Assembly (NCBI GenBank): GCA_050246815.1
Contig: JBFWVI010000031.1
Coordinates: 1 to 38,088 of the forward strand
Reading direction: 5' to 3'
DNA length: 38,088 nucleotides
From: Bdellovibrionales bacterium
Lineage (GTDB): Bacteria > Bdellovibrionota > Bdellovibrionia > Bdellovibrionales > UBA1609
The notes under the pieces were generated by a model. That model was not told where the DNA came from, ran no database searches, and was given only the letters and a program-made list of their open reading frames with translations. Shown here in pieces: positions 27,388 to 36,778 of the stretch (positions are counted from its first letter, which is position 1; each line of letters opens with the position of its first letter). The position numbers were made by a program, and so were the translations under genes.

Positions 27388-28037
27388 TACCGGTCGCGCT
27401 TTTTTTGATGTCGGGGCTGGGGCTGCTGGCGCTGAGCCTGCGTAATGCCAACATCGCAAAGGCCAGCTGCCGCCGCGCCGTTTGGCTGGCCCAAGTGGAT
27501 ATGAGCAAAGCCATGACTGAATTGATTCGCCTTAATCCCGAGGCGCGCCGTTTACGCCGGCAGCGGCGCCTCATCGAGTATGAAATCAAAGCGGCCATAG
27601 TCCTTTTGCAGCCCGAACTTGTGTTGGCTCTTCGAGCCCAGCTTGCCTTGGTCACGATCGAGCAACTTCGACTGCGCCAAAATCAAGAGCGTCTTTTGTT
27701 CCAAGCCCGCTCCGCTCGGGCCGCCGCCAGCACGAACTTTATTGAACGCACCCGCCTCATTCATGTCAGCCACATCTCGCCAGTGAGCTCCACTTCTGGT
27801 TTGGCGGTGCGCTTTTCACCGCCCAGCGAACTGACGCCGGACGCAATACCTTTGCCTCAATTTTCAGAGCAACAAAAGCTTTCCTTGCGCTGGCAAGCCC
27901 AGCTTTTAAACAAGGCCCCACTTGAGCTCTTGAAACTGATGAAAATTGAAAATCCTATTTTAAGAGGTCAATGCACAGCCACTTTAAGAACGGAGAAAAC
28001 GAAATGGCAGCCCCAACTCGTCGCGGACAAGTTCTAA
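27288..28037 (+). CDS. TadG-like minor pilin/pseudopilin lacking Glu5
   Basis: RBS AAGGAG before ATG 27288; basic leader then G|FAFITLLLLVPVALFL; coiled-coil; overlaps the upstream gene by 100 nt. Confidence 0.65.
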   Translation: MARATQLKRTHSQKARPKTHPEGGFAFITLLLLVPVALFLMSGLGLLALSLRNANIAKASCRRAVWLAQVDMSKAMTELIRLNPEARRLRRQRRLIEYEIKAAIVLLQPELVLALRAQLALVTIEQLRLRQNQERLLFQARSARAAASTNFIERTRLIHVSHISPVSSTSGLAVRFSPPSELTPDAIPLPQFSEQQKLSLRWQAQLLNKAPLELLKLMKIENPILRGQCTATLRTEKTKWQPQLVADKF

Positions 28038-28189
28038 CTGAATTTATTTGGTCCGTTTTGCTTATCGTCAGCTTTGCTACATTTTTGATGCGATTGCATT
28101 GGGCGGCCCTTGAGGCGCAGCAAAAACCCCGCTGGGAAATACAAAAAAGGAGTATGCAAAATGAAAAATTGGCGCCTTCATATCAGTAA
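28004..28189 (+). CDS. Short pilin-like protein, 61 aa
   Basis: RBS GGAG; MAAPTRRG|QVLTEFIWSVLLIVSF class III signal. Confidence 0.72.
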   Translation: MAAPTRRGQVLTEFIWSVLLIVSFATFLMRLHWAALEAQQKPRWEIQKRSMQNEKLAPSYQ

Positions 28190-28643
28190 AAAACCATGGC
28201 TTCTGCCGACGGCCGGCACCGTCTTTGCCTTGCTGCTGGCTACACTCTTGCAACTCAACAGCTCCGACTCAACCCCGACGGCCCCCAGTTTTGAAATAGA
28301 TACCTATATTCCGCAAGGGCATGTGCTGGTGCCGATCACTGTGCACAACTCCGAAAACGTGGACTCAATGTTTGGATCCTACGGCATGGTCGATCTTTAT
28401 CCCGTACATGAAACTGGCCAGGTCGCCACCGAAGCCATTTTGCGTGGGGTGAAAATGCTGCGCGCCCCGCGCAATCCCAGTCAATTCGGGGTTCTGGTGC
28501 CCGAAAATCTAGCCGCGCACGTTGTCCGTGCGGCAACACGCTTTGCCGTAGTGGTGCTCAATCGCAAAAGCACTGGAACGATCCTTGAAAAAGCCCCTCA
28601 CAAGATGGATCGAAAAATCATTCTTGAAGGGGATGAAACATGA
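28161..28643 (+). CDS. RcpC/CpaB-like Tad assembly protein (short, no evident SAF domain)
   Basis: N-terminal TM; IPQGHVLVPITVHNSENVDSMFGSYGMVDLY resembles the RcpC IPxGxRAxxIxV...VDV pattern; RBS AGGAG. Confidence 0.62.
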   Translation: MKNWRLHISKKPWLLPTAGTVFALLLATLLQLNSSDSTPTAPSFEIDTYIPQGHVLVPITVHNSENVDSMFGSYGMVDLYPVHETGQVATEAILRGVKMLRAPRNPSQFGVLVPENLAAHVVRAATRFAVVVLNRKSTGTILEKAPHKMDRKIILEGDET

Positions 28644-29641
28644 AACTTTTGAATTTTTTTCTGGCGCTTTGTTTATGTCATCCACGTGCTTTTGCGGGCC
28701 AAGACAAAGTTTTAGTGCGTGCGGCCGACGCCGATGTCGTGGATTTTCGTGCCCACCTTGAAGCTTATGGGGAACACCAGCCCTATAGTGAGTGGTGGAT
28801 ACGCAATCGTGTCGCCAAAGAATCGACAGATAAGCTAAAACGGCTTTTGACCTTAGCTCAGAGCGAATTTTTGCAGGGCGGCCTGGTCGAGGCCCAACAA
28901 AAATTTTTGGATGTGGTGGCGATGGCCTTTTCTCAGGATTGGCGGGCTGCTGAGCGTGCCACATTTGTCTACGCCTATTTACGTTTAGCTCAAATGGCCG
29001 CCGACCAAGAGAGCCGCTCCCGCATGATTCAAGAGGCCGCGCGATGGGGCACAGTTGAGATCAAGGCCGAGCTCTTTCCAGCCCCTCTTTGGCTTGAGTA
29101 TAAGAAAGCCAAGGCCTCACGTCTGAGCGAAGCATTGGATTTGGATCTGTGGTTTCCCCAAGCGCGCTATTTACTGGTCGACGGCCGGCCAATTGAAGTT
29201 CTGGCGGGCACAAAATTCGAAACTGACGCTCACCCTCATCGCTTCACGCTTGTCTATGACCATGCCCTGCCTGAAAGCCGAATTGCCAGCTGGACGGAGC
29301 TGAAAGCCTGGCAGCCCAATCTCAAAAATTTAGCCCAAGGCTCTTGTCTTGAGCCCTTGTGGATAAGCACTTCTTTGCCTGCCGACTCTGCTGCTTATTT
29401 TGCTGAGGGCTGTGTACTGAACTGGAAAGCAACTCCTGCTGTAGGCACAGCATCCACCAGCGCCCGGATTGACTCCACCAGTTGGCCAAAGGATCTAACA
29501 AATGTTTCTGGCATTAAGGCTTCAAACACTTCCGCAAAATGGTGGTGGATTGGGGGCGGGTTGGTGCTGACTGCTGTGGCGGTATCGCTCAGTCAAGAGC
29601 GCGAACGAAAAACCGAAAGCAGCACGACCATCGGCTTCTAA
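28640..29641 (+). CDS. Exported hypothetical protein (TPR-like helices, PEGA-like segment, C-terminal KWWWIGGG hydrophobic segment)
   Basis: Signal peptide; ATGA overlap with the upstream gene; YLLVDGRPI segment. Confidence 0.75.
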   Translation: MKLLNFFLALCLCHPRAFAGQDKVLVRAADADVVDFRAHLEAYGEHQPYSEWWIRNRVAKESTDKLKRLLTLAQSEFLQGGLVEAQQKFLDVVAMAFSQDWRAAERATFVYAYLRLAQMAADQESRSRMIQEAARWGTVEIKAELFPAPLWLEYKKAKASRLSEALDLDLWFPQARYLLVDGRPIEVLAGTKFETDAHPHRFTLVYDHALPESRIASWTELKAWQPNLKNLAQGSCLEPLWISTSLPADSAAYFAEGCVLNWKATPAVGTASTSARIDSTSWPKDLTNVSGIKASNTSAKWWWIGGGLVLTAVAVSLSQERERKTESSTTIGF

Positions 29642-30957
29642 AGAAGGTGCTCTCCGTTATAAACCACTTCGGTGGGAACACCATCGGCGAAAACGGTGTA
29701 GGTGTTGGCCACCCACGCGCTGTCCGAGTGTGAATGATATTTTAAAGGGTCCCCGAGCAGCGGGGCTACACCCTGGGTGGCGCTGGTCTCAAGGGCTCGC
29801 AAATTGTCCAGCAGACTGGGGCGTTCAATGGGACTATCGCTGCCAAAATCAAAAATCACTTTGGCCTCTTGCAGAGCTCGCCACGGAAAGGCGTACTTTT
29901 GCAAATCACCGATCTTCTGTGATAACCAGGCCCGATCACTCAGCCAGTGACAGGGCTGCAGGTGGCAGCGAATGTTTTGACCTACCATTAAGGCCACCGT
30001 TTCTGGGCGCAAAAGCTCGGCGTGCTCGAGGTGCAAGCGCCCGTGGACTCCCTGCTGGGCGAGTTCGTGATAAGATAACACGGTCTGATGAGCAGCTTCA
30101 TCACCAATGGTATGAACCGCCAAGTCCAGACCGTGCGACCAGGTTTCGCGCATCATTTGTTTGATCTGATCCATTGAAAAGAGCTGTAAACCCAGCCCTG
30201 AACCGCTGTGATAGGGGCAGCTCAGCCACGCGCCTTCAGAGCCCAGGGCGCCGTCCACATAAGCTTTGACACCCATCACGCGAAGCCGCTTCGTCTTGTT
30301 TTGTCGGGCCTGCCGAGCCAGCTTTAAGGCCATCGCGAAATCCTGACCTTCCTCAACGCTAAAAAATTGCTCGACCGCCAAAGTCAGCACTCCACTTTGC
30401 TCAAGCTTTAAGGATTCTTCCCACTGCAAAGCCGAGCAACTGAGGTCGCGAATGTGGGTGAAACCCGCTTGGTTGAAAATCTGCATGCCCTTTAAAAGCG
30501 CGCGGCGAGTGTCCGTTGCGGAGCGCACGGGAATGCATGCATCCACGGCCAACATGGCTGTGTCGATCAGAACGCCGGTGGGAAAACCTTGTGCATCCCG
30601 CACAATTCGTCCACCCTGGGGATCTTTTATGTTTGCAGACATCAAACCCGCTTTTTGCAAAGCGACGGTGTTGACCCAAAGTGCGTGTCCATCCGCGCGT
30701 GAAAAAGCAACCGGACGCTCGGTGCCAAAAACCTGATCCAAAATGTGGCGATCCGGAAATGCCTGGTTGGGCCAATGATTTTGATCCCAACCAAAGCCAA
30801 GCAACCATTCGCCGCGCCAATGATACATTTCTACTTTTAAGGTATTTACTTGTTCGGCTGATTTTAGGCCATGCAAAGACAATCGTTCGGCCACCTCGCC
30901 GGTGGCCAACCAATGGACGTGACTATCAAAACAATTGCTGATGCGTTGAGAGAACAT
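29638..30957 (-). CDS. Amidohydrolase family 3 (YtcJ-like) metal-dependent hydrolase
   Basis: DSHVH, GFGWDQ, DGHALWVNT, KAYVDGALGS, HTIGD, HLEHAE and FGSDSP. Confidence 0.92.
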   Translation of the reverse strand: MFSQRISNCFDSHVHWLATGEVAERLSLHGLKSAEQVNTLKVEMYHWRGEWLLGFGWDQNHWPNQAFPDRHILDQVFGTERPVAFSRADGHALWVNTVALQKAGLMSANIKDPQGGRIVRDAQGFPTGVLIDTAMLAVDACIPVRSATDTRRALLKGMQIFNQAGFTHIRDLSCSALQWEESLKLEQSGVLTLAVEQFFSVEEGQDFAMALKLARQARQNKTKRLRVMGVKAYVDGALGSEGAWLSCPYHSGSGLGLQLFSMDQIKQMMRETWSHGLDLAVHTIGDEAAHQTVLSYHELAQQGVHGRLHLEHAELLRPETVALMVGQNIRCHLQPCHWLSDRAWLSQKIGDLQKYAFPWRALQEAKVIFDFGSDSPIERPSLLDNLRALETSATQGVAPLLGDPLKYHSHSDSAWVANTYTVFADGVPTEVVYNGEHLL

Positions 30958-31012
30958 TCGCCACCTCGAGCCGACCTGCCGTTATAGCGGGTCACTCTAG
31001 TGACGTCACGAC

Positions 31013-32653
31013 TTAGCGCCCTGTGCGAGGACTGTAAACTGGTGTGCCAGGTCCGTTATAGGTACTTCCACCCGTGTAAGGGAATTGGGAGCCCCAACCA
31101 AAGCCTCCTGTGCCACCGCCACCATAGACTGGTGTACCAGGGCCATTGTAGCCGGGATATGGCAAAATAGAAGGCCCACTACCGTATCCGCCACTACCAT
31201 AACCACCGCTGTACATGCCACCCGATGAGATTTGATAAATCTGCAGCTGGATCTGGTACATCTGTTGTTGCAAACCATAAACGGCCTGCTGGCGGTACAT
31301 ATAGTCTTGCATGTACTGCTGTTGCATTTGCTGCTGGTACTGTTGCATCGCCATCTGCTGTTGCAACTGCTGCATCTGCATCATCGGATTGCCCATCATG
31401 TTACCCATCATCATGGGGTTCATCATGGGATTGCCCATCATGTTGCCCATCATCATTGGGTTGCCCATCATGTTGCCGTAGGGCCCCATCATCGAGGCAT
31501 ACGGATTCCCATTCGGCCCCATACCCGGCATCCACATGCCACCGGGACCCATCATATTGCCCCCCGGGTAGCCAAAAGCGCCGCCCGGCCCCATGGCTCC
31601 GGGCCAACCGCCCGCACAGCCCAAGGCACCGCCGCCACCCATCATGCCACCAATACCGGCCGACAACATGCCTAAACCTAAATTGGTTGACCAGTAAGGG
31701 CTGATGCCCGTGGTGGGCCAGCCCAGCGAGGTATTGGCCTCAACTGTACGATCAATGGCATATTTGCCACCGCGATAAGCAAAATAACCACCCAAAGCGG
31801 CCAAGACGCCGCCGGTGATAATTTGTGTGTTGCTTGGGGCCGCCACGCGGCGGCGAGCGCCAGGGCAATTGCCCGATTGGCAATCGGTGCCTTCGGTGTC
31901 GTCATCATCGCGATCGGCTTCAGCACGTTGGGCACCCTCTAAATCAATTTTAGCGCGAGCCACGTCTTCTTGCAGCCTGGTCACTTTTTCGGTGGCCTCA
32001 ACATATTTAGCTCGGGCTGGGCCGTATTCCTTTAAAGCATATTCGCAGCGAATCTTGTCGCCCACTTCGTCGCTTGATTTGTTCACAATCTGCGGAATGG
32101 TTTGCGAGCAGATCACGGAATCCACTTCACCGCCATCTTTTAGCCATTCGGTCGGATACCAATTCACATTGCCCTTATCCAAACCACACAGCGTGTTGAC
32201 ATACGGTCGATTTGGATCTTGCGCCTTTGCCGCACCCGTATTGCTGCTGGCCGTGGGGTCGCAGGCCGAGCGCCACTGGTCGGCGTTAGCCGTGTTGCTG
32301 ATATGGGTTTCAACCATTGTGTACGCTTTGCTGCTTAAACGTTTTTTTAGTGCGCCGGTTTGGCGATCCAGAGTGCTTTTGGCTAACTCTTGTTCGCGTT
32401 TTGCTTTACGCAAATCACTTTCCAAGCGATTTTTGGCTTTTCGTTTGGCGTAAACCTCATCGCTTTCATCGCTGGCGCCCGGCGCCATGGCGTTTGGGTA
32501 AGGGCAGTAGCCACCCATGTATGAGCCCACTCCGAAATTCGCGCCCGCGTTCAGATACGCTCCGCCGCCGATCGAGGCGTTGATGTACTGCGCGTGAGCG
32601 AATTCGCTCAAGGCTAAGACCACAGTGACTAATCCGCAAATGTGTTTACGCAT
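31013..32653 (-). CDS. Secreted hypothetical protein with coiled coils, Gly-rich hydrophobic segments and a G/M/N/P/Q/Y low-complexity tail
   Basis: RBS GGGAGAG before ATG 32653; signal peptide MRKHICGLVTVVLALSEFAHA; 546 aa. Confidence 0.85.
   Translation of the reverse strand: MRKHICGLVTVVLALSEFAHAQYINASIGGGAYLNAGANFGVGSYMGGYCPYPNAMAPGASDESDEVYAKRKAKNRLESDLRKAKREQELAKSTLDRQTGALKKRLSSKAYTMVETHISNTANADQWRSACDPTASSNTGAAKAQDPNRPYVNTLCGLDKGNVNWYPTEWLKDGGEVDSVICSQTIPQIVNKSSDEVGDKIRCEYALKEYGPARAKYVEATEKVTRLQEDVARAKIDLEGAQRAEADRDDDDTEGTDCQSGNCPGARRRVAAPSNTQIITGGVLAALGGYFAYRGGKYAIDRTVEANTSLGWPTTGISPYWSTNLGLGMLSAGIGGMMGGGGALGCAGGWPGAMGPGGAFGYPGGNMMGPGGMWMPGMGPNGNPYASMMGPYGNMMGNPMMMGNMMGNPMMNPMMMGNMMGNPMMQMQQLQQQMAMQQYQQQMQQQYMQDYMYRQQAVYGLQQQMYQIQLQIYQISSGGMYSGGYGSGGYGSGPSILPYPGYNGPGTPVYGGGGTGGFGWGSQFPYTGGSTYNGPGTPVYSPRTGR
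31378..31478 (-). repeat. Imperfect coding tandem repeats (MMGNP/MMGN units)
   Basis: Repeated TTGCCCATCAT-like units on the + strand encode GNMMGNPMMMGNMMGNPMMNPMMMGNMMGNPMM. Confidence 0.85.
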
Positions 32654-32700
32654 GACTTCGCTCTCCCATGAGAGAATGCAAATATTCAATCACATAAGGC

Positions 32701-32728
32701 TTTTCGACAAACCGGCGGCTCAACTTGA
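32701..32728 (-). promoter_or_regulatory. Candidate sigma28 (FliA) promoter of the low-complexity secreted protein gene
   Basis: TCAAG-N15-GTCGAAAA about 48 nt upstream of the ATG. Confidence 0.55.
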
Positions 32729-32831
32729 CCCACATCCTTGTGATCCAGACCAACATCCAGCAGGGTCTGAGGCAAACTTTGGGGGAAGAGATTGCCTCTA
32801 CCCTCGACTCAATTCTACACTATGTCCTAAT

Positions 32832-33932
32832 ATGAAACATACGATTCTTTGCGTCGACGACGAATCCGACAATGTGGACGCGCTCGAGCGATTGCTGCGA
32901 AAAAAGTACCGAGTTTTAAAGGCCACCAGTGCAGCCGAAGGTCTAGATCTTTTAAAAACAGAAAATGTTTCGCTGATCATCAGCGACCAGCGCATGCCCA
33001 AAATGACCGGGGTCCAGTTTTTAGCGAAAACCGTGAAATCTCACCCTGAGACAATCCGCATCCTTTTGACCGGCTACACCGATGTGGAGTCGGTTATTGA
33101 TGCCATCAACTCAGGGCAAATCTACAAGTACGTGACCAAACCCTGGGATCCGGTGGATTTGGCCAACACCATCGACAAAGCCATCGAAAAATTCGAGCTA
33201 ACCCACGAACTGAAACAGAAAAATATCGCTCTTGAGGCCGCCTACAAAGAGCTCAAAAGCCTGGATGACGCCAAAAATCAGTTCATGATCCTGATCAATC
33301 ACGAACTGAAAACACCTTTGACCGTCATGTTGAGCTATTTGCAGCTTTTGGACGACACTAGTTTAAGCGATGAACAAGATAAATATTTGGCCCGCGTGCA
33401 GACCGCGGCTTTACGCCTGCAAACTTTGATCAATGACGTATTGGAACTTGTGTCTGCCGAAACCAAACTGGTGAAGGTCCATTCACGAAAAACCTCGGTG
33501 AAGGATTTGTTGTCGGGTGTGGAAGAACCTTTTAAAACCACATTGGACGAAAAAAAGCTGCAGGTTGAATTTAAGCTGCCTTCGCTGCACGCCAAGGCCG
33601 ATGAAAAAATCGTGCGTTCGGTCTTCACCCGCATATTGGATAACGCGGTTAAATTTGGTGAAGCAGATTCGAAGATTAAAATCAGCGCCGAAGCCAATGA
33701 TGAGGACGGGATTGACTTCACCGTCACCAACAAAGGTAAATCTTTGACCAAAGAAACGATTGCAAAAATTTTGAAGCCGTTCACGTTGGATGAAAACATC
33801 ATGCATCACACCAAGGGCGCTGGCCTGGGTTTAAGCATATGCCGGGCCCTCTTGCGAGCCCACGAATCCGAATTGCACATCGAATGTCCGAAGGGCGAAT
33901 TCAAAGTTTCGTTTACGCTGCCTAAAGCGTAA
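32832..33932 (+). CDS. Cytoplasmic hybrid response regulator-histidine kinase (REC-HisKA-HATPase)
   Basis: ILCVDDE, ISDQRMP, KPWD; INHELKTPL, ILDNAVKF and GAGLGLSI; start ATG 32832 (ORF-track extension to 32625 is unlikely). Confidence 0.93.
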   Translation: MKHTILCVDDESDNVDALERLLRKKYRVLKATSAAEGLDLLKTENVSLIISDQRMPKMTGVQFLAKTVKSHPETIRILLTGYTDVESVIDAINSGQIYKYVTKPWDPVDLANTIDKAIEKFELTHELKQKNIALEAAYKELKSLDDAKNQFMILINHELKTPLTVMLSYLQLLDDTSLSDEQDKYLARVQTAALRLQTLINDVLELVSAETKLVKVHSRKTSVKDLLSGVEEPFKTTLDEKKLQVEFKLPSLHAKADEKIVRSVFTRILDNAVKFGEADSKIKISAEANDEDGIDFTVTNKGKSLTKETIAKILKPFTLDENIMHHTKGAGLGLSICRALLRAHESELHIECPKGEFKVSFTLPKA

Positions 33933-33969
33933 GACCGCTCAAGCCCGCCATTTGCAGCGCCCGGGCCGC

Positions 33970-35274
33970 ATGAGACATGCGACTTTCTTATTGATGCTCG
34001 TCTTTGGTTCACTTGTACAGGCAGACCAGCCCGTCGTCCTGGCGGTTGGCCGCAACCACCAAATTCAAGTTCCAAGCGGCAGTACAATCCGGGTGAGCAA
34101 CAGTAAAGTTGTGCGCGTTCAGGATTTAGGCACAGCCTTGCTACTGAGCGGTCGCAAGCCGGGGCAAGCCGTGATCAGCCACGCCCGCGGTGCCGTTCGT
34201 GTCGAAGTGGTCAGCTCAAGCGTTGCCCAAACCTATTTGCAATTTCAAAGTGCTTTAAAACGAATGCAAGGACTGCACTTGGATGTTCAAAACAATCAGG
34301 CCCTTATCACAGGTGAACTGTTACGCCTGGTGGACTGGAAAACACTAATTGAACTGCAAAAAGTAAGCGGCGGCGCGTGGCGATTTCAGGCCTCTATTCC
34401 TCCCGACCTTTCGTCGCGCGTCCGCCGCTTTCTTATGGGTTTGCTTGCCTCCCGTATCGGAAGCACCCACCGTCTGAATTTAGAGCCCTATCCCCACATT
34501 ACAACCTCAGCGAAGGCATTCGCTTATTTAAATGAAGATCGACAATTGCAAAATCACGGGCTCGGCGTACTGCGCGATGCAAATCTAGGCGACTTGCAGC
34601 CCGCAATTCGACTGAAGCTGACGCTGGCCGAAGTCCAAAATGGGGCCAGTCAAAGGCTCGGGCTTAAATTTCAGGACGGTCAAAGTCTTCAGCTTTTGCC
34701 GCGCTTCAAAGCGCCTGGCGAATTTATCGCCGCGCTGAACTTTTTGGCCGACAAGGGGTTGGCTCGCCTGCTGGCAACCCCTAGCCTCACAGCTCGCAGC
34801 GGTCATGAGGCTGAATTTCTGGCCGGTGGAGAATTTGCGGTGAGAACTTCCAGCTATCGAGTCAAAGAAGTCTCTTGGAAACGTCATGGGCTGTATCTTA
34901 AATTCAAACCTCAACTTGATCCCAGGGGCCTGGTCCAACTTGAAATCAGCACTGAATTTTCCGCTCCCGATTACAGCAATCAAATCGATGGGATTCCAAG
35001 CCTACGCACCAGCAAAGCGGCCAGCGCCATCGATGTCAAATTGGGTTCGACCGTTATGCTGTCGGGCTTGATTCGCGCCAGCGAAGGTTTTGCATCCTCT
35101 GGCCCCATGATTTTAAGCGAAATTCCGATTTTAGGACGCCTCTTTCGCAGCGAAGACTTTAACTCACAACGCTCAGAACTGTTGATTTTTGTTACGCCCG
35201 AACTGATTCCCCTTGAAACAGACGAGGACGTGCAACTGCCGACCACGGAGGCGAAATGGAACTCGATCGACTAA
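33970..35274 (+). CDS. cpaC: CpaC/RcpA secretin of a Tad pilus
   Basis: Signal peptide; LLLSGRKPG N-domain; ARLLATPSLTARSGHEAEFLAGGEF, LSEIPILGRLFRS and SELLIFVTP. Confidence 0.9.
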   Translation: MRHATFLLMLVFGSLVQADQPVVLAVGRNHQIQVPSGSTIRVSNSKVVRVQDLGTALLLSGRKPGQAVISHARGAVRVEVVSSSVAQTYLQFQSALKRMQGLHLDVQNNQALITGELLRLVDWKTLIELQKVSGGAWRFQASIPPDLSSRVRRFLMGLLASRIGSTHRLNLEPYPHITTSAKAFAYLNEDRQLQNHGLGVLRDANLGDLQPAIRLKLTLAEVQNGASQRLGLKFQDGQSLQLLPRFKAPGEFIAALNFLADKGLARLLATPSLTARSGHEAEFLAGGEFAVRTSSYRVKEVSWKRHGLYLKFKPQLDPRGLVQLEISTEFSAPDYSNQIDGIPSLRTSKAASAIDVKLGSTVMLSGLIRASEGFASSGPMILSEIPILGRLFRSEDFNSQRSELLIFVTPELIPLETDEDVQLPTTEAKWNSID

Positions 35275-36347
35275 AGACCTCGTGTCATCGCGTTCTGCAA
35301 AATCTGAATCAGCTGTCTTTGCCTTTAGACGCCGACACAGCCCACACAGATTTTGACGCCGAAAAAATGTTGGGAGCCGCCATCCGCCAGGAGCCCGCGG
35401 TTTTTCACGATCGCTTATGGCTTGAATTCAAGGGAGACGGTCCGATCCCTGCACTTATGCAGGATCACAAAGTGCGCGAAATCATTGTCAATGGTTGTGA
35501 AAGTATCTGGTTTGAGCGTGAGGGCCAGTTCCTTCGGTACGACGATAGTTTTTTAAGCGAAACAACTTTAAATAATTTTGTACATCGCTTGAGTGCCGAA
35601 ACTGGCCTCAATATCAATTTGCACATCCCCTGCGGCGATACCGAGTGGCGTGGCTTTCGCGTGCATATTATGCGCCCACCTCTGAGCGAACGCTTGCAGA
35701 TCACTTTACGAAGTCGCCCGCAAGCCCCGTGGACTTTTGATCGATTGCAGCAAGAGGCTTGGGCCTCAAAGGAAGCCCTGGTAACGTTACGCCGCTGGTT
35801 GAGCGAGAAAAAGAATCTTTTGATCGTCGGCCCCACGGGTGCTGGCAAAACCAGTGTTTTGAATGCGTGTTTGCAGGAGTTCAGCGAAAACGAACGTGTG
35901 ATTTGCCTGGAAGACACCAGCGAACTTTGTCCCAAAGCCGGGGCCAGCTGCAAAGTGCTGACCCGCGTGGACGGCAACGGAATTTTACGTGATTACAATT
36001 TGGGAGATTTGGTGCGCCAAGCCTTACGCATGCGCCCCACCCGCCTGGTGGTGGGTGAGGTGCGCGGTGCTGAGGCCAAAGACTTGCTTTTGGCTTTGGC
36101 TACGGGCCATCACGGAAGCCTTGGCACTCTGCACGCCTCGGATCCACGACAAGCTTTGCTGCGTTTGGAAATGTTGGTGCAACTTGGGGCAGGACAATGG
36201 GATCAAAATGCCATACGCCAACTGATCCAGCTGAGCGTGGATGGTATTGTGGTCACGGGCTTTCGGGGTGACAAAAGAGTCCTTGAAGGACTCTATCGAA
36301 TCGCCTCGCTTGAAAGCATCGGGTTTTTGCTTGAGCGCGCCGCTTAA
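35256..36347 (+). CDS. cpaF: CpaF/TadA pilus assembly ATPase
   Basis: EIIVNG, Walker A GPTGAGKT, LEDTSEL, ALRMRPTRLVVGEVRGAE and TGHHGSLGTLHA. Confidence 0.93.
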   Translation: MELDRLKTSCHRVLQNLNQLSLPLDADTAHTDFDAEKMLGAAIRQEPAVFHDRLWLEFKGDGPIPALMQDHKVREIIVNGCESIWFEREGQFLRYDDSFLSETTLNNFVHRLSAETGLNINLHIPCGDTEWRGFRVHIMRPPLSERLQITLRSRPQAPWTFDRLQQEAWASKEALVTLRRWLSEKKNLLIVGPTGAGKTSVLNACLQEFSENERVICLEDTSELCPKAGASCKVLTRVDGNGILRDYNLGDLVRQALRMRPTRLVVGEVRGAEAKDLLLALATGHHGSLGTLHASDPRQALLRLEMLVQLGAGQWDQNAIRQLIQLSVDGIVVTGFRGDKRVLEGLYRIASLESIGFLLERAA

Positions 36348-36778
36348 ACCGTGACGTCCAAATAAGTTCCGGGTGGAACATATTCGCGCGGCTCGGATTG
36401 AACATCCAAGATATCCTCACGAACATCCTCGGTGGCTGCGGCCTGCATCTCCTCAGATGGGGTCGCATCGGGCACCGATGGGGCCACCACAGTGGGTGGC
36501 GCCAAATTTGGTGCACTGATCGTCTTTTGCAAGAAGAACTTTTCGCTCATCTCGCTGACGATATCCGGAGTGATGGCCGAATGTTTGCGGCCTTCCGTCA
36601 TGCGGTTGTGTTCGGCCACTGCCCGCTGGGCTGTGGTCATCGCGTCTTTGACTCCGACGGTGCTGGAGCCAACGGGCCGCCCGAAACCGGGCGTTCCTGG
36701 TCGCACGGCTGGACCTGCGCTCAGATCAGCGGCGGCCACCCGGCGAGAACGCGGAACTATGCTGCTTATTTTTTCCAT
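36344..36778 (-). CDS. Hypothetical protein, 144 aa
   Basis: RBS GGAGGTG; MEKISSIVPRSRRV...VRPGTPGFGRP; C-terminal GTYLDVTV. Confidence 0.78.
   Translation of the reverse strand: MEKISSIVPRSRRVAAADLSAGPAVRPGTPGFGRPVGSSTVGVKDAMTTAQRAVAEHNRMTEGRKHSAITPDIVSEMSEKFFLQKTISAPNLAPPTVVAPSVPDATPSEEMQAAATEDVREDILDVQSEPREYVPPGTYLDVTV

Noticed and set aside
26400..29641. Identification with the Bdellovibrio hit (bd0108/bd0109) Tad locus
   Set aside because: No RHS/YD-repeat gene and no tadB-like gene here; the context is folD and aspS instead
31378..31478. Short repeats as a CRISPR array or non-coding VNTR
   Set aside because: In-frame, degenerate at synonymous positions, no repeat-spacer periodicity and no cas genes in the window
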